From Candidatus Brocadiia bacterium (lineage in GTDB: Bacteria; Planctomycetota; Brocadiia; CAIUPP01): a DNA stretch of 64,000 bases. Made by a program: the position numbers and the translations under genes. Numbering within the stretch: the first letter of the stretch is position 1; every line of letters begins with the position of its first letter. The DNA lies in NCBI GenBank assembly GCA_050015075.1, contig JBEKCB010000004.1, positions 32,001 to 96,000 of the forward strand. Direction: 5' to 3'. Below the pieces are notes generated by a model, which saw only the letters and a program-made list of their open reading frames with translations, did not search any database and was not told the DNA's origin. Shown piece after piece: positions 57,876-64,000 of this stretch.

Positions 57876-59414
57876 CTACTCCGCTGACGAGAGTCGTGTC
57901 AGGTCGGCGAAATCGCCTTTCAACGAACGATAGAGCTTCTGGAACATGGGGTAGTTCCGGTTGTAGAGTCGCACGGCCTGCGGTCTTGGGCGCGTGACGC
58001 TGGTGATGCGGATGCAGGAGTCGCACGCTTCGCGGATGTCCTTGAAGGCGCCGGTGCCTACGCCGGCCAGTAACGCTGCGCCGAACGCGGGGCCTTCCGA
58101 GGTGTTGATCGTCTTGACGGTCCGCCCGAAAACATCCGCCTGCATCTGACGCCAGAACCGGCTCCGCGCGCCGCCGCCGCTGACGCGGATTTCGCGGATC
58201 GGCACGCCCATCCCCTGAATGATCTCCAGCGAGTCGCGCATCCCGAACGTGACGCCTTCGAGCAGCGACCGGATCATGTGCGCTTTGCCGTGCCGCGCGG
58301 TGAGACCGATCCACGCGGCCTTCGCGTGCGGGTCCGCGTGCGGCGTCCGCTCGCCGGTGAGGTACGGCAGGAAGAAAAGTCCCTCCGATCCCGCCGGCGC
58401 GCGGGCCGCCTCGGCGCAGAGGAGGTCGTACGGGTCTTTTTTGCGGCGCGCGGCTTCGGCGCGCTCCGTGTCGGCAAGGTTGTTGCGGTACCACTGGAAC
58501 GATCCGCCGGCGGAGAGCATGACGCCCATGACGTGCCACTTGCCGCGGACGGCGTGGCAGAACGTGTGGACGCGGCCGAGCGGGTCAATCTGGACTTCGT
58601 CGGCGAAGGCGAAGACGACGCCTGAGGTGCCAAGTGTTGCCGAGATCACACCGGCGCGGACGATGCCGTTTCCGACGGCGCCGGCGGCCTGGTCTCCGCC
58701 GCCGCCGACGATCGGCAAGCCGGGGCGGACACCGAGGAGGCGCGCGGATTCGGCGGAGACGACGGACGAGACCTCCTCGGACTCGAAGCAGTCCGGCAGC
58801 AGGTCGCGCGGGATGCCGAGCGCGGAGAGCAGCGCGCCGGACCAGCGCCGGCGGCGCACGTCGAGCAGTAGCGTGCCGGACGCGTCGGAGACCTCGGTGG
58901 CGAATTCGCCGCCGAGCCGGAAGCGGATGTAGTCCTTTGGAAGGAGGACCTTTTTCGCGCGTTCGTACACTTTCGGCTCACGCTTGCGGACCCAGAGGAT
59001 TTTCGGCGCGGTGAACCCGGTGAGCGCCGGGTTGGCGACGAGCGAGATCAGCCGCCGCCGGCCGCCGGCCTTCTGCGTAATCTCCTCGCACTCCTCGGCG
59101 GTGCGCTGGTCATTCCAGAGAATGGCCGGGCGCAGCACCCGCTTGGATTTGTCCAGGAGCACTGCGCCGTGCATCTGGCCGCTCAAGCCGATCCCTTGAA
59201 CTTCGCCGCCTTTGACGCCGGCCGATTGGAGAACGCTGCGGATACCGGCGACCGTGGCGCGCCACCAGTCCTCGGGGTTCTGCTCGGACCAAAGCGGTTT
59301 CGGGTGAGAAGCGGGATATTCTTTCGTGGCGCTCGCGAGAATTCGGCCGCGGTCGTCGCAGAGGAGCGTTTTTGCGCCGGAGGTCCCTATGTCAATCCCG
59401 AGAAGATAGCCCAT
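57876..59414 (-). CDS. xylB: Xylulokinase
   Basis: [27 protein letters not shown] and GGGARS motifs. Confidence 0.93.
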   Translation of the reverse strand: MGYLLGIDIGTSGAKTLLCDDRGRILASATKEYPASHPKPLWSEQNPEDWWRATVAGIRSVLQSAGVKGGEVQGIGLSGQMHGAVLLDKSKRVLRPAILWNDQRTAEECEEITQKAGGRRRLISLVANPALTGFTAPKILWVRKREPKVYERAKKVLLPKDYIRFRLGGEFATEVSDASGTLLLDVRRRRWSGALLSALGIPRDLLPDCFESEEVSSVVSAESARLLGVRPGLPIVGGGGDQAAGAVGNGIVRAGVISATLGTSGVVFAFADEVQIDPLGRVHTFCHAVRGKWHVMGVMLSAGGSFQWYRNNLADTERAEAARRKKDPYDLLCAEAARAPAGSEGLFFLPYLTGERTPHADPHAKAAWIGLTARHGKAHMIRSLLEGVTFGMRDSLEIIQGMGVPIREIRVSGGGARSRFWRQMQADVFGRTVKTINTSEGPAFGAALLAGVGTGAFKDIREACDSCIRITSVTRPRPQAVRLYNRNYPMFQKLYRSLKGDFADLTRLSSAE

Positions 59415-59484
59415 CGCCGACTCCTGTCGAAAGTTGGACAGCGCGTTTCACACAAAGGCGAAAAGACGCCGAGAACGAATGCGG

Positions 59485-59513
59485 ATTCTATGGCGGCGCA
59501 GGCGAGGTGTCAA
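59485..59513 (-). promoter_or_regulatory. xylB promoter
   Basis: TTGACA-N17-TAGAAT; TGTCAACGCA is duplicated at 59508 and 59521. Confidence 0.65.
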
Positions 59514-59536
59514 CGCACATTGTCAACGCAGCGCGT

Positions 59537-60406
59537 TCAATCGCTGAGGCGCAAGCCGAGTTCCTCCGCGTGGCGGCGGACGCGGAGGTGTTCTTTGCTC
59601 GTCACGCGCCGGGCGAGTTCGGGGAAGTCGCGCGAGCGGCCGCCGGGATGATATTGATCCATGACGTTGACGTACGTGTTCGGCGAAATCTCGCTCGCGA
59701 TGAAGTCCAGGATCGCCATGGATTCTTCCGCGCCACCGGGCATGACGAGGTGGCGGACGAGCAGGCCGCGGACGGCGAGCCCGTCGCGGATTTCAAGATT
59801 GCCCACCTGCCGGTGCATCTCGCGCAGGGCGGACATCATCGCTTGCGGATAATCGGGAGCGGTGGTGTAGCGGCCGGCGGTTTCCGGCGAGAGGAATTTT
59901 GCGTCGGGCATGTAAATCTGCACCTGGCCCTCGAGCAGCCGCAGGATTTCCGGCCGCTCGTATCCGCCGCAGTTGAAGACGGTGGGAAGCCGCAGGCCGC
60001 GGGCGCGGGCGGTTTTGAGCGCCGCGAAAATCGCCGGGACCTGGTGCGTCGGCGTGACCCAGTTGATGTTGTGGCAGCCGGCGCGCTGCAGGTCCAGCAT
60101 GATTTCGGCGAGGTCGCCCTCGCTGATCCGGCGGCCCTCGCGAAGTTGGCTGGTCTGGTAGTTCTGGCAGAAGACGCAGCCGAGGTTGCAGCCGGTGAAG
60201 AAGATCGTCCCGGAGCCTCGCGTGCCGGCGAGCGGCGGCTCCTCGCCGAAGTGCGGTCCGGCGGAGCCGATCACCGGTTCGGCGCCGGTCTTGCAGACGC
60301 CGAGTTCGCCGGCCAGGCGGTCCACGCGGCACAGGTGCGGGCAGAGCACGCAGGAACGGAGAAGCGTTTGGAGTTTGTCCGGCACGCGCTCTGCAGCCTG
60401 TTCCAT
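59537..60406 (-). CDS. Radical SAM protein (PflX-like)
   Basis: CVLCPHLC, HFGEEPP, CNLGCVFCQN and RHLVMP motifs. Confidence 0.9.
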   Translation of the reverse strand: MEQAAERVPDKLQTLLRSCVLCPHLCRVDRLAGELGVCKTGAEPVIGSAGPHFGEEPPLAGTRGSGTIFFTGCNLGCVFCQNYQTSQLREGRRISEGDLAEIMLDLQRAGCHNINWVTPTHQVPAIFAALKTARARGLRLPTVFNCGGYERPEILRLLEGQVQIYMPDAKFLSPETAGRYTTAPDYPQAMMSALREMHRQVGNLEIRDGLAVRGLLVRHLVMPGGAEESMAILDFIASEISPNTYVNVMDQYHPGGRSRDFPELARRVTSKEHLRVRRHAEELGLRLSD

Positions 60407-60452
60407 GGACGAGTACGATCAGGATTGCGATTACGAGTTCTTGAAACCCCGG

Positions 60453-62780
60453 CTACTGCGCGGCGACGGGGATCTCGAGTTCGACGATGCGCGTCACGCC
60501 CAGGTCCGCGACCAGGAACTCGATCTTTCCGGTCGCCTGGGCGGAACGGACGAGCCGCTCGAACTCTATGAGCGTCGTGGCCGGCTGGCCGTTGACGCTG
60601 GAGATGATCTCGTACGGCGAAATCTGCGCCACGGCCGCCCTGCTGCCGCCCTGGACCTGGCTGACGACGACGCCGGGCGCGTCGGACGGCAGCCGCAGCA
60701 CTTTGCGGACTTCGTAGGTCAGTTCGCGCACGGTCAGGCCGATCGAGGTCTCCTGGTACTGGTCGGCGTTATCGAAATCGTCCGGCGCCTTCTCCACGGT
60801 GAAGTCGAGGGTCTTCTCCTTGTTCTCCTGGAGCAGCCGAAGGTGCGCCTCGCGCCCGGGGCCGATTTGCGTGAGCAGCAGCGTCAGGTAATTGACCGTC
60901 GGCCGCCAGAGGCGCCCTTGAGTGTCGGACCTGCGGCCTTCGCCGCTGCCGGAGGGAACCGCCAAGTCAAGCTCCTCGGCGCGGCCCCGCAGGCTGATGG
61001 AGAGCAGAATATCGCCGGGCTTGATGCCGTTGCGCGTGGCGGGCGATGCGTCGTAGACGTCCGTGACCAGCAGGCCGCGGGCGCCACCGCGCGTGGCGTT
61101 CTCGGCATCCAGCGCGCGGGCGAGCGCGGGGGTCATCGGCTGGAACTCGACGCCGATCCAGGCCGGACGGAGCTCTTCCTTGCGCGACATCGGCCGGGCG
61201 AGCATGTCGAAATGCCCCTGCGGCGTGCGCAGCACCGCGGCGACCTCGGAAAAGAGATACGGTCTCGTCTGCCGCGCCGTGTCCTGTGTGTTGCGCTGGC
61301 GGGCGAGGATTTCGTCCTTGTCCTCCCTGCGGAAGGGCGCGCAGAAGCCGAGCAGGCGGCCGTCCTCGTCGGCGAGGAAATCGCCCACCCGCAGCGGTTT
61401 GCGCGGCACCGGGTAGCGCGACGCTTTGTACGACTTCGCGACGTCGAGATAGCGATTGTACTCGACCTCGTCGGACCGCTGTCCATAGCGCCGGCGCACG
61501 CTGAGCGAATAGAAGATCTTGCCGCGCGGGAGCGGCCCCTGGTCCACGAGCGCCGCCGGTTCGCCGGTGACCTTCTTGGCCTTGATGAGGAACCCGCCGA
61601 AGTCGCGGAACAGGCCGAGGAATTGAGTTTCAGTTCGCTGGTCTCCCTCGATCAGCGTGATCTTGTCAATCTTCCGCACGGTGAACCGGTCCAGGTCGGT
61701 CGGCACGAAGATCGTGCCGTCCTTGTCGAGCAACAGGCCGTACACCATCAGGCGGCCCTCTTCGAGCCGGAGTTCGTCCGAAACGCGGCTGTCGCTGCGG
61801 AACCGGATCTCGATCTCCTTCACGCTCGCCCGGGCGGCGGCGATGATCTTCTGCGAGGCGGCCGCCAGCGCGTCGGGCGTCCGCCGGTCGTCGGCCATGA
61901 TCCGCGTGCCGATCCAGGAGTCGGCGCCGTCGCTGCTCGTCCAGAGGCTGTTGTCCAGCCCGATGCCGATGGCGCGGCCGCGTCCGTCGAAGACGATTGG
62001 CGCGGTCGCCGGGGTGACATTCGAATAGACCTCATTTTCAGTCGGTTCCTGCCACCAGACCAACTGCATATGTTTCTCTTCGGCCTCGACGGCGACGGAC
62101 GACGCGAAGGTCTCGTCCACATCGAAGACCAGCGCGTCTTCGATGAAGGCCGGCGTGGCGAGGAGAAGCCTGTCGCCGGTCTGAAGGTCAGCCTTTTCAA
62201 AGGTGAGGCACGGCAGTTTCTGCGCCGGCGGCGTGACCGGCTCGAGGAGGACGGCGGCGTAGTGTTCGAGCACGCCGGCGACACGCATCGGCGTAGCGAT
62301 GCCGGCGGCGTCGGTCGCGGTGATTTCCTCGTAGCGCTTGAGCGGCAGGTTCGGGTCGCGGATGAGGACAAGGCCTTCGGCGCTCACGCGGACGCCGGAG
62401 ACGAGCACCGGAAGGCGCTCGCGCACGACGGCGTCGAACATCGCTTCGATCGGCGAGCGCTCTTCGTAGCTTGCCTCGCGCTCCTCGAGCACCTTGATCT
62501 TCACGCGTACCACGCACGGCGGCAGGGTCTCATAGGCCAGCTTGATCGCGGCGTCGGGCTTGTTGTCGGGCGGAACGGGCGGCACGGCGGGCGCAGCGAC
62601 CGGCTCAGCGGGCGCGGCGGCCGGCGCGGCGGGTGTAGCGGCCGGCTCAGCAGGCGCAGCGATCTCCGGCGCTGTCGCGGGAGCCGTCGGCGCCGCCGCA
62701 GGAGCGACCGGCGCGGCCTGCTGTGCGGCGGCCGATGCGGCGATCAGCGCGGCGGCGAGGAAACAGGTGAGCGCCTTCAT
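60453..62780 (-). CDS. Secreted PDZ-domain protein with two degenerate trypsin-like domains
   Basis: Signal peptide, Ala/Pro linker, two PDZ (WIGVEFQ...GIKPGDILL; IGLTVRE...ISSVNG); no GNSGG motif. Confidence 0.75.
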   Translation of the reverse strand: MKALTCFLAAALIAASAAAQQAAPVAPAAAPTAPATAPEIAAPAEPAATPAAPAAAPAEPVAAPAVPPVPPDNKPDAAIKLAYETLPPCVVRVKIKVLEEREASYEERSPIEAMFDAVVRERLPVLVSGVRVSAEGLVLIRDPNLPLKRYEEITATDAAGIATPMRVAGVLEHYAAVLLEPVTPPAQKLPCLTFEKADLQTGDRLLLATPAFIEDALVFDVDETFASSVAVEAEEKHMQLVWWQEPTENEVYSNVTPATAPIVFDGRGRAIGIGLDNSLWTSSDGADSWIGTRIMADDRRTPDALAAASQKIIAAARASVKEIEIRFRSDSRVSDELRLEEGRLMVYGLLLDKDGTIFVPTDLDRFTVRKIDKITLIEGDQRTETQFLGLFRDFGGFLIKAKKVTGEPAALVDQGPLPRGKIFYSLSVRRRYGQRSDEVEYNRYLDVAKSYKASRYPVPRKPLRVGDFLADEDGRLLGFCAPFRREDKDEILARQRNTQDTARQTRPYLFSEVAAVLRTPQGHFDMLARPMSRKEELRPAWIGVEFQPMTPALARALDAENATRGGARGLLVTDVYDASPATRNGIKPGDILLSISLRGRAEELDLAVPSGSGEGRRSDTQGRLWRPTVNYLTLLLTQIGPGREAHLRLLQENKEKTLDFTVEKAPDDFDNADQYQETSIGLTVRELTYEVRKVLRLPSDAPGVVVSQVQGGSRAAVAQISPYEIISSVNGQPATTLIEFERLVRSAQATGKIEFLVADLGVTRIVELEIPVAAQ

Positions 62781-62793
62781 TTTGGACTCCCGG

Positions 62794-64000
62794 TTACTCG
62801 GCTGTGTGTTTGTAATCCCGGTTGAAGTCGAGCACGACGAACTGCCGATAGCCGGACCGGAGCACTTCGACGAGCGCCGTGCGCCGACCCTGGTCGAGCC
62901 GGCTCAGGCGGCGGTAGACTCGCTGGATGTCGGCCGGCGTTGCGATCGGAGCGTGATCAATCGAGAGGACGATGTCGCCCGGGCGCAGCCCGCTGACGCG
63001 AGCGTTGCCCAGCGCGCCGAGAATGTAAACGCCGCGGGGGACGAAGTAGGCCAGGTTCGGCGTGCGGAACTTGCTGATCTCCTGCACGCTGCAGTTCCAC
63101 ATCGGCAATTCGAGACCTTCGGAGGCGAGCGGCTGCTTGAGGATGGGCGAGAAGCTCAACTCGGTCGTCTCCGTCCCGCGCCGCACCTCGAGCCTCGCCG
63201 GGGTGTCCGGCGGCAGCGAGGCGAGGCTGTTGCGCACGTCGGGGATGTCCTCGAGGAACGTGCCGTGCACCGGCAGGCCGTTGAGGCTGAGAATCAGGTC
63301 GCCCGCCTGCAGGCCGCCGTTGGCGGCCGGAGAGCCTTCCTCCACGCCGCCGACCAGCACGCCTTCGTCGCCCGGCGTGATCACGTCGCGCAGGAAGTCC
63401 CTCAGCGGCTCCAACTGGATGCCGCTGTACACGCGTTCGACCTTGCCTTTCTCCTGCAACTGGGCGATGACGCGCTGGACCGTGTTCGAGGGGATCGCGA
63501 AACCGATGCCCTGCCCCTGCGAGATGCGCAGCGTAGTGATGCCGACGATTTTCCCCCGCGCGTCCACGAGCGGCCCGCCGGAGTTGCCTGGGTTGATCGG
63601 CGCGTCCGTCTGGATCCACAGGTTGTACGGCGCGACGTCGAGATACCGGCGCGGGGAGCTGATGATGCCCAGAGAAATGGACCGGCTGAACCCGAACGGA
63701 CTGCCCAGCGCCAGCACGAATTGTCCGGGCTGGATCATGTCCGAATCAGTGAAATCGCATGCCGGCAGCGGGCTGTGTCCTGCGGGCAACTGGATCTGGA
63801 GCAGCGCCAGGTCCGTATCCGGATCGAGGCCGACCAGCCGCGCGGGGAGCATCTCGCTGTCGAAGAGGACGCACTTGATCTCGGTGGCGTCGTTGGCCAC
63901 ATGGCTGTTCGTGACCACGTATCCGTCCGGGCTGATGATCACGCCGCTGCCGAACACCTGCTGGAGCACGCGTTCGCCGGAGGCGACGTACTGGCGGATC
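62794..64000 (-). CDS. HtrA/DegP-like serine protease, 5' end outside the window
   Basis: TNSHV, DTDLA and INPGNSGG triad motifs plus two PDZ domains. Confidence 0.92.
   Translation of the reverse strand, partial: IRQYVASGERVLQQVFGSGVIISPDGYVVTNSHVANDATEIKCVLFDSEMLPARLVGLDPDTDLALLQIQLPAGHSPLPACDFTDSDMIQPGQFVLALGSPFGFSRSISLGIISSPRRYLDVAPYNLWIQTDAPINPGNSGGPLVDARGKIVGITTLRISQGQGIGFAIPSNTVQRVIAQLQEKGKVERVYSGIQLEPLRDFLRDVITPGDEGVLVGGVEEGSPAANGGLQAGDLILSLNGLPVHGTFLEDIPDVRNSLASLPPDTPARLEVRRGTETTELSFSPILKQPLASEGLELPMWNCSVQEISKFRTPNLAYFVPRGVYILGALGNARVSGLRPGDIVLSIDHAPIATPADIQRVYRRLSRLDQGRRTALVEVLRSGYRQFVVLDFNRDYKHTAE

Noticed and set aside
60407-60440. GA(G/T)TAC-type hexamer run; also short heptamer-like runs near 51945-51965 and 57854-57876
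   Set aside because: Short and degenerate with no partner arm; at most relics of the same short-period repeat class.

Overview
64 kb of a high-GC bacterial chromosome. The gene content is suggestive of the Planctomycetota/PVC group, but this is inference only. Positions 1-11.3 kb look like the right end of a decayed genomic island. It carries a FkbH/ACP/FabH/FabG/FkbM/MaoC acyl-tailoring operon, an IS5-like remnant, a GT2, remnants of a DNA methylase, a primase and an integrase, and it closes on a tRNA-Arg(CCT) 3' fragment (att-like). Positions 11.4-30 kb hold signalling genes (HDOD-GGDEF, a NarL/NarX-type pair), a GH50 and a heparinase II/III-like enzyme, a Pro-rich repeat protein and DUF748. 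Positions 30-64 kb are mostly core genes: sixA, gyrA, an unusually diverged aroC, an L,D-transpeptidase, cysS, sppA, an Alu-containing large SRP RNA, dnaX-ybaB-recR-rpoN, nadB, xylB and HtrA-like proteins. The most notable unexplained signals are (i) a non-coding array of three ~100-bp palindrome-bearing repeats at 47.8-48.1 kb, (ii) a chorismate synthase with remodelled catalytic motifs and a large insertion, (iii) an HtrA paired with a double pseudo-protease/PDZ partner, and (iv) short-period palindromic elements, one of them embedded in a gene start. No searches were run; family assignments rest on recognised motifs.
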